Positions 16,165 to 25,140 of a stretch of 46,807 nt of DNA are shown piece after piece. The position numbers were made by a program, and so were the translations under genes. The stretch covers positions 1-46,807 of IMG/VR virus record IMGVR_UViG_3300013022_000001; one strand, given 5' to 3'. Within the stretch, counting starts at the first letter, position 1. Each line of letters opens with the position of its first letter. The notes under the pieces are model-generated. The model was not told the DNA's origin. It did not search any database and saw only the letters and a program-made list of their open reading frames with translations. Source of the stretch: a virus.

Positions 16165-18195
16165 ATGGCGACTACACCAACTACAAATCCGATTCCAAGT
16201 GAGTCACCGCGCGACCTTAAGTTTAACGCTGGGAAGATTGATGAGTTTGTGAACTCAGCAAATGAAAACTACACAGACAGGTTTGGCGCTCAGAGATTTA
16301 CCATTGAAGGATTGCGGCATCTTGCAAGAGAAGCTATCGCTGCTTTTGGCTATGTGACAGTCGATAGCTTCGAAGATGGTGCAACCATTACTCTGCCAAA
16401 CCAAGTGTTGCGTTATGAGTCTACTGGTGAATATTATCGCTGGGATGGCTCGCTGCCTAAAACAGTAGCACCTGGTTCTACACCATCATCTTCTGGCGGA
16501 ATTGGCTCGGGAGCATGGATTTCGGTTGGCGATGCATCCCTCCGCGCCTCCCTAAGGCAGTCTTCTGGTGCTGGGCTTGTGGGGTTTGGTGCAACTACAG
16601 TCTTTAATCATCTGGTAAAGGATATTCGCTATTACGGAGGTGTAGGTGATGGTGTGGCTGATGACACCGCAGCGGTACAGCTTGCAGCCAATACTGGGCA
16701 CCTTATTTTTGGACCAGGGACATATAAAGTAACAGCGCCAATTACTATAAGTGCTGGACAGGATTGTGTTGTTAAAGGTAATTCACGCTCTGACACTACC
16801 GTTCTTTATACAGGAACAGGGACCATGTTCTCCTGTACCTTTACGAACAGCATCCGATTCATTGAAGTTTCAAATATCAGGTTTCTTGCAAGCAGTCTCG
16901 CCACAGTGGAAGGGTTTTATTTCGCATGGCCAGAAGACTTTGAGCACGGCTATGTACAACGCGGTAGCTTTGAAAATGTCAGCATGCGCGGTGTTGATGA
17001 ATATGAGCAAGGATTTAACGTCTGTGTTCATATGCATCAGGGGGATAATATCAACTTCATCAACTGCGAATTTAAAGGCGCAGGTGGTGGTACAGGGGAC
17101 CAGAGCCGCACTTATAACACGCGCTGCGGTATCGGCGTGCAAGTCACTGGTCGATACAGTCCGGTTGAGTATCGGTTTATTGGTTGTTACTTTGGATCGT
17201 TCGACAGAGGCATAGATATTGGTGATACCGCCGAAGGTATTTATGTAAGTAACTGTATTTTCATTGGTACAGGAACTTGTATTAAATGGGAAACTGGATT
17301 TTGGTCTCCTAATTGGCCAGGTACAGGCGGCCAATCTGCTGCTGGGCGACCTTTGCTTTCTGTGCATAACAGCCACCTGAGTTACTTCCAGTACGGTGTG
17401 TATACTAACGGAGTTGGTAGCATCCATGAATCTAATCTCCTGACATATCACAACTCAAATTCTGATGTGAACGGCATTGCGCTTGCTCATGGAAACTCTG
17501 CCGATATATTTATTAGAGATATAGAGAGTTGGGGGTTTGCATCTAACGTATACACGGATGGTATTGTGTTCTATACGTTTGTACGCTATTCCACTGTTAA
17601 TAACTTCAAGAGCGTGGCCGCCGCCCCTAATGCATACCGTTATGCTGTAGAGGTGCGTAACAACAGTACCAACAACAGTTTCCGGCAAATAACCAGAAGA
17701 GCAAATGATGGCAGCTCTTTCACCACCAATATTCTTATCAATGATTTATCTGGTGGACTTAACGACATAGGTATGATTAAAGGCGGATTGTTTTATTCCA
17801 CTGCCAATCAATCAATCGCCTCAGGCACTGGAACCGCTGTTGGCTTTGGTGCCAGAAGCTATGACCCAGATACTATGTGGCCTGGATTTGGGGCGGTAAT
17901 TACAATTCCGCCGGGTGTTAACAGAATTAAAGTTTCAGGTCAGGTGCTATTTGACTCAACATCATCCTCAACATACAGAGAAATAAGAATAGCCAGAAAT
18001 GGTTCTCAAGGTATAGGATTGCCTGCGCAAAGCGCTATGTCTGCTCCGGGCAAAGGTACTTATATGAATCTGTCTGGTTGTTCTATGGATGTTGTTGCCG
18101 GAGATCAGATAACACTTATTGCATCACAGGACTCAGGCAGTAACTTGAACGTAATCGCAGGCCAATGCTGGCTTCAGGTTGAAATTGTGAATTAA
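16165..18195 (+). CDS. Tailspike/tail fibre with a pectate-lyase-type right-handed beta-helix (putative polysaccharide depolymerase)
   Basis: Pectate_lyase_3-like signature YYGGVGDGVADDTAAVQLAANTG. Conserved tailspike N-terminus NPIPSESPRDLKFNAGKIDEFVNS. Confidence 0.75.
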   Translation: MATTPTTNPIPSESPRDLKFNAGKIDEFVNSANENYTDRFGAQRFTIEGLRHLAREAIAAFGYVTVDSFEDGATITLPNQVLRYESTGEYYRWDGSLPKTVAPGSTPSSSGGIGSGAWISVGDASLRASLRQSSGAGLVGFGATTVFNHLVKDIRYYGGVGDGVADDTAAVQLAANTGHLIFGPGTYKVTAPITISAGQDCVVKGNSRSDTTVLYTGTGTMFSCTFTNSIRFIEVSNIRFLASSLATVEGFYFAWPEDFEHGYVQRGSFENVSMRGVDEYEQGFNVCVHMHQGDNINFINCEFKGAGGGTGDQSRTYNTRCGIGVQVTGRYSPVEYRFIGCYFGSFDRGIDIGDTAEGIYVSNCIFIGTGTCIKWETGFWSPNWPGTGGQSAAGRPLLSVHNSHLSYFQYGVYTNGVGSIHESNLLTYHNSNSDVNGIALAHGNSADIFIRDIESWGFASNVYTDGIVFYTFVRYSTVNNFKSVAAAPNAYRYAVEVRNNSTNNSFRQITRRANDGSSFTTNILINDLSGGLNDIGMIKGGLFYSTANQSIASGTGTAVGFGARSYDPDTMWPGFGAVITIPPGVNRIKVSGQVLFDSTSSSTYREIRIARNGSQGIGLPAQSAMSAPGKGTYMNLSGCSMDVVAGDQITLIASQDSGSNLNVIAGQCWLQVEIVN

Positions 18196-18199
18196 CTAA

Positions 18200-18228
18200 G
18201 TGGTGGCACAAGGTGTTTGTGCCACCAC
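18200..18228 (+). terminator. Strong hairpin at the end of the tail operon
   Basis: 11-bp stem gtggtggcaca / tgtgccaccac. The T-tract is poor. Confidence 0.5.
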
Positions 18229-18290
18229 TATGATCATTTCAAAGATAAGCTAACTAATGCTGGATGCGGGTTAATTTTTAATGCCAGTCA

Positions 18291-18318
18291 TTGACTAAAA
18301 CTAAAGCGTCACTATAAG
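18291..18318 (+). promoter_or_regulatory. Promoter TTGACT-16-TATAAG
   Basis: ttgact aaaactaaagcgtcac tataag. An ATCTAC box (18325-18330) lies at the predicted start region. Confidence 0.5.
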
Positions 18319-18345
18319 ATGCATATCTACTTCACGGAGGTTCAC

Positions 18346-18585
18346 ATGACAGATTTAGTTGCTATGCGTCAAAAATACTGGTCACAACAGAAAACGCTCT
18401 GGCCTACAAAGCGCAGTAAGGTTGCTGTGCCGTTCTGCTGGGAAGGGTTTAAGATAAACCGATGCTGCCTTGAAATGGCAAATGAAATGGCGCGCCAGGG
18501 AAAATTCAACGGGGCAAACTACCTGCTGACTGCTGCGTATGCTGTCGGGGCCAGAAATGATGATTTCTGGAATCAATTCATCTGA
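18346..18585 (+). CDS. Hypothetical protein, 79 aa
   Basis: Inner ATG of ORF 18319..18585, preceded by cacggagg. Confidence 0.6.
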   Translation: MTDLVAMRQKYWSQQKTLWPTKRSKVAVPFCWEGFKINRCCLEMANEMARQGKFNGANYLLTAAYAVGARNDDFWNQFI

Positions 18586-18600
18586 CATTTAAAATAAATG

Positions 18601-18629
18601 TTGACCTCCTGTGTCGTAGATAATAATCT
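18601..18629 (+). promoter_or_regulatory. Promoter TTGACC-17-TAATCT with an embedded inverted repeat GTAGAT-aata-ATCTAC
   Basis: ttgacc tcctgtgtcgtagataa taatct. TGTCGTAGAT box at 18612-18621; inverted repeat at 18616-18631. Confidence 0.6.
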
Positions 18630-18653
18630 ACTCCAACACAAACAGGAGGCAGC

Positions 18654-19448
18654 ATGACCACTCTTTCTCAGAAGTACGCCAACAAAGATACCCGCGATGG
18701 TATCGCAGTAAACAAATCCTATCTTGCACCTTTTCATCAGTTCTTCCTTGAGCCCGGCTACAACATCCGTGAGGCCGATGAGCAGCATGTGGAGTATTTC
18801 GCACAATGCTGGGCTGAGGGAGCTCCACTCCCACCACTGACCGTTATCGTTAAAGATAATGGCCTGCTCATCGTTGATGGTCAGCATCGCTACTTGGGCG
18901 CTCAGAGAGCGATTGAGCGAGGTCATGATATTGCACGCATCGAATGCAAAGACTTTACCGGCTCCGAGGCTGACCGAGTGGCATTTATGGTCAGCAGCAG
19001 CCAGGGTAAAGCTCTGGATGCATTTGAGCGCGCTAATGCATATCGCCGTCTTAAGGCTTTTGGATGGACTAACGAAGAAATCGCAAAGAAAGTAGGCCGC
19101 TCAGTTTCTGATGTTCAGATGCACCTTTCACTCCAGGATGTGCCGCAGGAAATCAAAGAACGCATTAAGCTTGGTCAGATGAGCTATGCATCAGGTGTCG
19201 CTGTGACACGCGAGCATGGTGATAAAGCTGTTGAGGTTGTCGAAGAGGCGCATAAGGAAGCCAGGGCGGCTGGAAAGGATAAAATCACAGCCAAACAACT
19301 CAATAAGAAGCCAAAAAAAGAAGCGGACGTTCCGCGCATCATGGAACTGCTGAAGGGCGCAACTCAGGCCGCGTTTGGCAAAAACGATTATCTATGCCTG
19401 CAACCTGGTGTTATTGATGAACTGATGGAGCTAATCAATGGACGTTGA
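18654..19448 (+). CDS. ParB-like protein (ParB/Srx N-terminal domain plus HTH)
   Basis: Motifs LLIVDGQHRYLGAQRA and GWTNEEIAKKVGRSVSDVQMHLSL. Confidence 0.75.
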   Translation: MTTLSQKYANKDTRDGIAVNKSYLAPFHQFFLEPGYNIREADEQHVEYFAQCWAEGAPLPPLTVIVKDNGLLIVDGQHRYLGAQRAIERGHDIARIECKDFTGSEADRVAFMVSSSQGKALDAFERANAYRRLKAFGWTNEEIAKKVGRSVSDVQMHLSLQDVPQEIKERIKLGQMSYASGVAVTREHGDKAVEVVEEAHKEARAAGKDKITAKQLNKKPKKEADVPRIMELLKGATQAAFGKNDYLCLQPGVIDELMELINGR

Positions 19449-19626
19449 AACTTTTATTCGTGACCAACTAAAGAAGCGACTCATTAAAGATAAATTAGAG
19501 CCAAATGCAGCAGCTATCGAAATCGGTATTGAGCATTACAGAAGAGGTCAGGCAAGCAAGAAAGGTGGGATATTCGATGATTGCTATTACTACTGCAAAG
19601 TTGCCGCTATGAAAGCCAAAAAATAA
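19438..19626 (+). CDS. Hypothetical protein, 62 aa
   Basis: ORF track; overlaps the end of the ParB-like gene. Confidence 0.55.
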   Translation: MDVETFIRDQLKKRLIKDKLEPNAAAIEIGIEHYRRGQASKKGGIFDDCYYYCKVAAMKAKK

Positions 19627-19645
19627 GCCCCGAAAGGGGCTTTTT
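19626..19645. terminator. Bidirectional terminator
   Basis: agcccc gaaa ggggct followed by TTTTT. It lies between convergent operons. Confidence 0.8.
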
Positions 19646-19689
19646 AGTGCATGCAATACCGAAAAAAGAAGGTGTCCCGAGAGGCGCTA

Positions 19690-19702
19690 GATTTAATTAA
19701 AA
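19690..19702. repeat. GATTTAATTAAAa element, copy 2 (12/13)
   Basis: Its TTAATTAA core overlaps the ssb stop codon. Confidence 0.8.
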
Positions 19703-20119
19703 AGGTATTGAATCATCGAATCCATTATTTTGCTGTACCTGTTGCTCCTTCTGTGCCTGCTGGCCGCGTTGCTGCTGGTTTGGTTGCTGACCGGCCTGTG
19801 AATGAGCGAATACAAGGCGCGGCTGCACTAATTCCAGAGTGATGTAATTTGTGCCATTATGCTCGCGCTGATTAACCTGCAATGTATCGCATGTGAAGCT
19901 GGCACATCCATCCTTAACAAGCACCTGGTCGTAATACTGAATGGCAGCAGGGGAGCTGCCAAAGACAGTGGCCCTATAGTTAGTGTACTGCCGCTGGCCA
20001 TCTTTATCTTTCCAGCTCTCTGACAGTTCCACAGCGTACATCTTCCACTCACCCTTAGCAGAACTGCCGGTCTTTGTGTAAACGTCTTTGCGAATCTGGC
20101 CGGTAATTGTATGTGGCAT
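19697..20119 (-). CDS. ssb: Single-stranded DNA-binding protein
   Basis: OB-fold-sized N-terminus, Gln-rich linker and canonical acidic tip DDSIPF. Confidence 0.9.
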   Translation of the reverse strand: MPHTITGQIRKDVYTKTGSSAKGEWKMYAVELSESWKDKDGQRQYTNYRATVFGSSPAAIQYYDQVLVKDGCASFTCDTLQVNQREHNGTNYITLELVQPRLVFAHSQAGQQPNQQQRGQQAQKEQQVQQNNGFDDSIPF

Positions 20120-20132
20120 AATTTTCTCTCTA

Positions 20133-20792
20133 TTAAAATTCGTTAATCTGCTGCGGCTCTACTTTTTGCTTATCTTCTGTGCGATCAGAAGCAAGTGATT
20201 CCGGCTTTGTTATCTTCGCAGGGTTGAATGATTCGCCAGAGGTTGAAAGTTTTGCTTTCATTTCCTGATATGCGCCAGTTACAACACGAATTGCCGCATC
20301 ATCACCCTGATAGGTTTTGTATTCTTCTGCGTAAACCTTTTTCAGCTCATCAAAGCTTTCACACAGGCGAATGGCTGCTGCTGCATCTTTTGGCGACTTG
20401 CGGGCAGCATTGCCATCATCATCTGCCTGCGCGATACCAAACATAGCTGCGATAGAGTAACGGCGCGCATAAGTCATCGCAGAGCCATATCCCTGTGCAT
20501 CTTTCTTGGCAACTGGCATTGGCATGACTGAAGACATATATTCTCCTGACTCATGCATGATAGTAGTTTCCAGCTTTAGTGTGTCGTTAGAATCACTGTC
20601 AACTGCGTTCTGGATGATTATAAGGCCATTCGACTCAAGTGCTGGCCTGATTGCATTCAGGAATGATTCCAGATTTGCATAGTTACTTTTAAGGTGTGGG
20701 TTGCTGGCGTTTTTCTTTGCCGCGCTGCTCATCACCTTTCTTGCTTCAACCAGAGATTTAATTAAATTTGCTTTCTGTTCTGAGAAAATCAT
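20133..20792 (-). CDS. erf: Erf-family single-strand annealing protein, 219 aa
   Basis: Inner ATG (MIFSEQ). Erf-like core NPHLKSNYANLESFLNAIRPALESNGL. Confidence 0.8.
   Translation of the reverse strand: MIFSEQKANLIKSLVEARKVMSSAAKKNASNPHLKSNYANLESFLNAIRPALESNGLIIIQNAVDSDSNDTLKLETTIMHESGEYMSSVMPMPVAKKDAQGYGSAMTYARRYSIAAMFGIAQADDDGNAARKSPKDAAAAIRLCESFDELKKVYAEEYKTYQGDDAAIRVVTGAYQEMKAKLSTSGESFNPAKITKPESLASDRTEDKQKVEPQQINEF
20755..20767. repeat. GATTTAATTAAAT element, copy 3 (exact), inside erf
   Basis: Read as N-L-I-K-S on the minus strand. It shares the 17-mer AGATTTAATTAAATTTG with copy 5. Confidence 0.9.
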
Positions 20793-20799
20793 AATTGCC

Positions 20800-21735
20800 T
20801 CACGCGAATTGTTTTTTGTACCACTCAGGCGTATCCATGCTGATGCGTGGACTTCCCATACCATAAGAAGGCCATGAATCAGTCTTTTTGCACGCGGCAT
20901 AAAGAGTTAGTGCGCCGCGCAACTGAATGCGACCAATGTTCAACTGCTCTTGTGTCAGTTCAAATAATTGAGGAATGTATGGTGATTTCTTCTCCTGAAC
21001 TAATAATGAAACAGCTTTTGGTGGTCGGCCATATGCTTCCATGAACATGTCATGCTGCATGGCCATTTTCATAAAATAACCAAGTCGAACGGCGTGACGA
21101 AAGAATTCATCAGGCTTTGCAGTCACTGCTGTTTTGTAATCAATAATCTCCTCATCTTTTGTAAGGCAGTCAAAGCGAACCTTGGCATTAAAACCCTCTA
21201 GCTCGCCAAGGATAGAGACCTCACTGTAAGCACCATTCAACAGATTTGCATAATATGGATTAGCATGAATAACCGCACGCATCTGCATGATGGCATCGTA
21301 ATCTGCCGCCTCCAGGATGGTGCGTCCTTTTGCATTAGCCTCAACCAGCAGGCGCTCAACATCATAGATTTTTGCTGCCGGGTCTGCTGCCTGAACAATG
21401 GCAATCACTTCATGCTTAGCTTTGCCAGACAACCCCTTGATGCCGCGCTCTTTAGCCCATGAGTTCATATCGGCCACTGTTACCAGCAGGTCAGGGCCAA
21501 ATTCTTCTTTTGAGGGCATGCGCACAAACTGCGCATCAAACTTCTCTGGTTCAAGCAGCGCCGTGTGCGAACCGGTGCCGAAGATAAGCGCCTTACTTTG
21601 CTCATCCTCTTCATCCTTGTATCGCCATGCTGCCGGGCATTTATCGTAAATGTGCCACAAGCCAGAACCATTGATGTGATCAGTGTCTGCATGGTATTGC
21701 TCATTGCTCAATTCATTATTTAAATAAACTTTCAT
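20800..21735 (-). CDS. PD-(D/E)xK exonuclease (RecE / DUF3799-like)
   Basis: N-terminal LSNEQYHADTDHINGSGL and the D...D-Y-K motif FDCLTKDEEIIDYKT. It pairs with erf. Confidence 0.75.
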   Translation of the reverse strand: MKVYLNNELSNEQYHADTDHINGSGLWHIYDKCPAAWRYKDEEDEQSKALIFGTGSHTALLEPEKFDAQFVRMPSKEEFGPDLLVTVADMNSWAKERGIKGLSGKAKHEVIAIVQAADPAAKIYDVERLLVEANAKGRTILEAADYDAIMQMRAVIHANPYYANLLNGAYSEVSILGELEGFNAKVRFDCLTKDEEIIDYKTAVTAKPDEFFRHAVRLGYFMKMAMQHDMFMEAYGRPPKAVSLLVQEKKSPYIPQLFELTQEQLNIGRIQLRGALTLYAACKKTDSWPSYGMGSPRISMDTPEWYKKQFA

Positions 21736-21761
21736 GTCACCACCTTTTGTCGTAGATAAGT

Positions 21762-21790
21762 AATCTACTCCATTAACCCGAAGTAGTAAA
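21762..21790 (-). promoter_or_regulatory. Internal promoter TTTACT-17-TAGATT for exo-erf-ssb
   Basis: The reverse complement reads tttact acttcgggttaatggag tagatt. It overlaps the VRR-NUC stop codon. A TGTCGTAGAT box at 21748-21757 lies on the opposite strand. Confidence 0.45.
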
Positions 21791-22181
21791 GCGTTGCTTT
21801 CTTCAGTTCATCAATGCCATATGCAATCCCTGCAAACCCACCAGACTTGACGACATGTTCGCCAAATTTCCATTGGTTAGCGCTTACCTTACACTTTGTT
21901 TTATCTCGCCTTTTAAGTTCTATTGTTCCATATGGCCAGGCAATACCGCGATGTAAAATGATGTTGTCATGAACGCCGCTTTTTACGCCCATCTTCTGAC
22001 GCTTAATAATCAACTGCACGCCGGATTTAGTGCTGGTTTCGTTTGGAACATGGAAGAAATTAACTTCCGGGAATCGGTACTCCATCCATAGCCCGTATGC
22101 CATCTGGTCAATTTCTTCTTTAGGACATGGCCCGCGATAACCACTATCAAAAACATAAATTCCGCTATCAAGCTGCTTCAA
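21765..22181 (-). CDS. VRR-NUC domain nuclease
   Basis: PD-(D/E)xK pattern GVHDNIIL ... GTIELKRRDKTKCKVSANQ. Confidence 0.65.
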   Translation of the reverse strand: MKQLDSGIYVFDSGYRGPCPKEEIDQMAYGLWMEYRFPEVNFFHVPNETSTKSGVQLIIKRQKMGVKSGVHDNIILHRGIAWPYGTIELKRRDKTKCKVSANQWKFGEHVVKSGGFAGIAYGIDELKKATLYYFGLME

Positions 22182-24081
22182 TTTGCTCTCCTGAAAAGTC
22201 CTTTCTGTGAATTATATCCCGACCCTTATCGTTAAATCGGTGCGTTATGCGCCTTGGGGAGCGGATTACAGCAGAAAAAGCCATGAATTGCTTTGCTGTC
22301 GGGCAGTTCATCATGGATTTAATTAAATTGCGGTCAGCCAGATGAGGAATGAGTGCCTTCATCTTGAACTGGTCTTTCAGGTATTTTTCCTTTCGGCCAA
22401 ACGGATAGAAAACCTCATGCGCCCAGCCAATTTTCCCGTTGGCTTTCTCAACCAGATAACTGTAAACAACGCCTTCCTCGTTTTTAGTTAGCTCAATTTT
22501 GAAATCGAGCACATCTGTCCATTCCCGGTCGGTGTAAACTCGCTCATCAAGATTGGCATTTGGGTCGCGAAGCACATGGTCACAATGGCGGCAGTAACGT
22601 GCGCATGGGTCATTCTTCGTTCCGCATCCATCGAATATTTTTACGCCGTGCTTATCAAACCCGCACAGCAGATAGCTGAAAAACTCTTCGCAGCGCCCAT
22701 CAGGTGACAATTTATCTTCACCAACACAGCGTCGCGCATATGCGCTATTCATGGTATTGCATTTAGGGCATGGCACCTCCTCCCCTGAACGCTTTGAACG
22801 CTGCAACTCAGCTTCTTCCAGAATAGGGTCGTCATAAAGCGCGCCTAGCTCAAACATGGTGCCAGTGAAGTCCAGAACAAGGTGATCTTCTTTAACCAGA
22901 CCTTCTTCAACCTGTTCTGACTTCAGTAGCCGCATTCCACGACCCAGCAGCTGAACCAGCAGCGTCAGTGACATTATCTTCCGAAGAATCACCGATGTAT
23001 CCCATAATGGGATGTTAACTCCTGTAGTAAGGCACCCAATCTGCAAGACGTATTTTATTTTCCCGGTGTAGGCATCCTTCAGCGCTTTGCGCCGCATCTT
23101 CGGTCCCATATCATCCGTCACGATTGCATAGCTGCCTTCAGGAAGATATTTGGCTGCCTCTTTACAGTGCTTCTTACCAGCACAGGTAATCAATACGCCA
23201 TTTCGGTTTCGCGTTAGGTCCATTACCTTGAGCATGATTTTCTGCGTCAGCGTACCCTGCTTAATGATTTCTTCCTGCATGGCTTTAAGCTGCGATTCTG
23301 TGTAATCCTGCGCGCCATCTTCACCATTGCTTTCAAAATCATGCAGGTCATATTTAAGGTCTTCGATGTCCGGCACGCCGAAAATTGTCGGCACCAGAAA
23401 TCCAAGATCAACAAGATATTTGGTATCGATATTGACGATCTCACCACCAGACCAGAACGGCCCTTTGATTGACGTTGTTCCCCTGAATGGCGAGCCAGTG
23501 TATCCAAAAATACGCAAATCATGACCGAATTTAGCTTTGCAGCGCCTCATAAGTTCATTAATGATAATTCCGTACTGTGTAGATGGCTGTTCACTGACAA
23601 CATCCTCCCAGTCAACCTGATGGCATTCATCAACAAGCAGGAATCGCGCCACGAAGTCACCAAGCGCAGCAGCCTTTTCTTCGTTGTTGAATAGCGCGTT
23701 AATCACTGTCCCTTCACTGCCAACAATGACAGGGTAAGCTGTGCTTTTTCTTCCCAGCGAGGCGCTGAAAAGGCTGTTCTTAACGTTTAGATTCCATAGT
23801 TCCTCAGCATCCTGGTCGATGATTTCACCCTGGCGTGCGATGATCATGCCTTCATATCCCATCTGACTGAAGCGCGCAGCTACCATGGCAATCATGATTG
23901 TCTTTCCAGCGCCTACAGAGGCAGTGATAAAGGCTGGCCCATTGTAGTTGCGAATAGCATTACCGGTCATGGCATAGCAAAGCCACTGATACGGCCTAGG
24001 GTCAATCTTTCCCGTATCAACAGCATTCCTGAGCGCCACCATGTCGAGCTGAGCAATCTGCTCATCAATTTTGTGTTTCAC
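22168..24081 (-). CDS. SF2 (DEAH) helicase with C-terminal zinc-ribbon region
   Basis: Walker A ASVGAGKT and DEAH box LLVDECHQ. Cys clusters CPKCN...ARRC and CARYCRHCDH. GTG start. Confidence 0.85.
   Translation of the reverse strand: MKHKIDEQIAQLDMVALRNAVDTGKIDPRPYQWLCYAMTGNAIRNYNGPAFITASVGAGKTIMIAMVAARFSQMGYEGMIIARQGEIIDQDAEELWNLNVKNSLFSASLGRKSTAYPVIVGSEGTVINALFNNEEKAAALGDFVARFLLVDECHQVDWEDVVSEQPSTQYGIIINELMRRCKAKFGHDLRIFGYTGSPFRGTTSIKGPFWSGGEIVNIDTKYLVDLGFLVPTIFGVPDIEDLKYDLHDFESNGEDGAQDYTESQLKAMQEEIIKQGTLTQKIMLKVMDLTRNRNGVLITCAGKKHCKEAAKYLPEGSYAIVTDDMGPKMRRKALKDAYTGKIKYVLQIGCLTTGVNIPLWDTSVILRKIMSLTLLVQLLGRGMRLLKSEQVEEGLVKEDHLVLDFTGTMFELGALYDDPILEEAELQRSKRSGEEVPCPKCNTMNSAYARRCVGEDKLSPDGRCEEFFSYLLCGFDKHGVKIFDGCGTKNDPCARYCRHCDHVLRDPNANLDERVYTDREWTDVLDFKIELTKNEEGVVYSYLVEKANGKIGWAHEVFYPFGRKEKYLKDQFKMKALIPHLADRNLIKSMMNCPTAKQFMAFSAVIRSPRRITHRFNDKGRDIIHRKDFSGEQIEAA
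22316..22328. repeat. GATTTAATTAAAT element, copy 4 (exact), inside the helicase gene
   Basis: Read as N-L-I-K-S on the minus strand. Confidence 0.9.
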
Positions 24082-24099
24082 ATCATTAGTCCTTTGTTG

Positions 24100-24141
24100 T
24101 TGTCGTAGATTGATGGTAATCTTAACTTATATCTACGTCAA
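24100..24141. promoter_or_regulatory. Overlapping face-to-face promoters framed by 11-bp inverted repeats TTGtCGTAGAT / ATCTACGTCAA
   Basis: Plus strand: TTGTCG-17-TAACTT, towards primase. Minus strand: TTGACG-17-TACCAT, towards helicase. Confidence 0.5.
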
Positions 24142-24156
24142 TACTGGATTTAAAAT

Positions 24157-25110
24157 ATGAACCGATACGACTGGAACGACATACAACCAAGGATGGTGGG
24201 TAACTGGCAGGGAGCACTGCTTTCGCTGGTTGACATCGACAGCAAAGCATTTAACGGCAAGCATCAGCCATGCCCGCACTGCAATGGCAAGGACCGTTAC
24301 CGCTTCACGGATGAGTGCGGTGAAAAAGGTGATGGTGGCGCGGTGTGCAATCAGTGTGGTGGTGGCGATGGCATGAGATGGCTTATGAAGCTGTCAGGCA
24401 GGTCATTCGGTGAGTGCGTGACAATGATTGCTCAATATCTCAATCTTACGCCACCAGAGCGCCTGGAAGTTATCAAAAAGGAAATGCCCAAGATTGGCTG
24501 TATAGATGCAATGACTCCTGCTCAGGTGCACTCAATGATGTCTAAAGCGCACGCTGTTGACTGTTGCTCATGGCAGAGAGTGGAAGGTATTGGCGGGCAC
24601 TTTAACATCGCCAATGGCAAAAGTGGCGATCTTGTGGCTGTTGAATGCCTTATACCTTCATCCCTTCCACAAAAGGGAGAGGGCTTTTCAGGTAATGCCT
24701 GTAACGTAGGATTCATCGACATTAATAATAAATGTCGATTCGCGTCTGGTATAACTGACATCATGATCAACGGGCGCATAACGCCGGGAATGGTTTCACC
24801 GGTAGGCGATGCCGCTGGCGCGTCAGTTTATCTCGTCGCGGATTACGCCGATGCCTGGCATGCGCACTATCTGACCGGCGCGCAAATATGGTGCTGCTGG
24901 TCAGTTGAGAATATGTGGGAAGTGGCGCGGCTCTTCCCGTCCCACGAAGGAAGAATTAAGGCTATAGTAAATCGCAATGAATATGAATTGTTTGGCGCTG
25001 ATAACGCAGACTTGCAGGTACTGGTGCCGCAGGATTCACAAACGATAAAAGGCGCGAAAGCGATTGAGCGAATATTGTGGAAAGCCGATGACTTACTGGC
25101 TGTGATGTAA
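24157..25110 (+). CDS. DNA primase (zinc-ribbon type)
   Basis: Primase Zn-ribbon signature HQPCPHCNGKDRYRF...GGAVCNQCGGGDGMRWLM. Confidence 0.75.
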   Translation: MNRYDWNDIQPRMVGNWQGALLSLVDIDSKAFNGKHQPCPHCNGKDRYRFTDECGEKGDGGAVCNQCGGGDGMRWLMKLSGRSFGECVTMIAQYLNLTPPERLEVIKKEMPKIGCIDAMTPAQVHSMMSKAHAVDCCSWQRVEGIGGHFNIANGKSGDLVAVECLIPSSLPQKGEGFSGNACNVGFIDINNKCRFASGITDIMINGRITPGMVSPVGDAAGASVYLVADYADAWHAHYLTGAQIWCCWSVENMWEVARLFPSHEGRIKAIVNRNEYELFGADNADLQVLVPQDSQTIKGAKAIERILWKADDLLAVM

Positions 25111-25115
25111 AATAA

Positions 25116-25135
25116 AACCCGCCATTTGGCGGGTT
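25116..25135. terminator. Bidirectional terminator
   Basis: Stem aacccgcc / ggcgggtt with loop attt, flanked by A- and T-rich runs. Confidence 0.7.
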
Positions 25136-25140
25136 ATTCT

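Noticed and set aside
19651-19842. 63-aa plus-strand ORF containing one palindrome copy
   Set aside because: It lies downstream of the bidirectional terminator and is antisense to the 3' end of ssb. It has no RBS.
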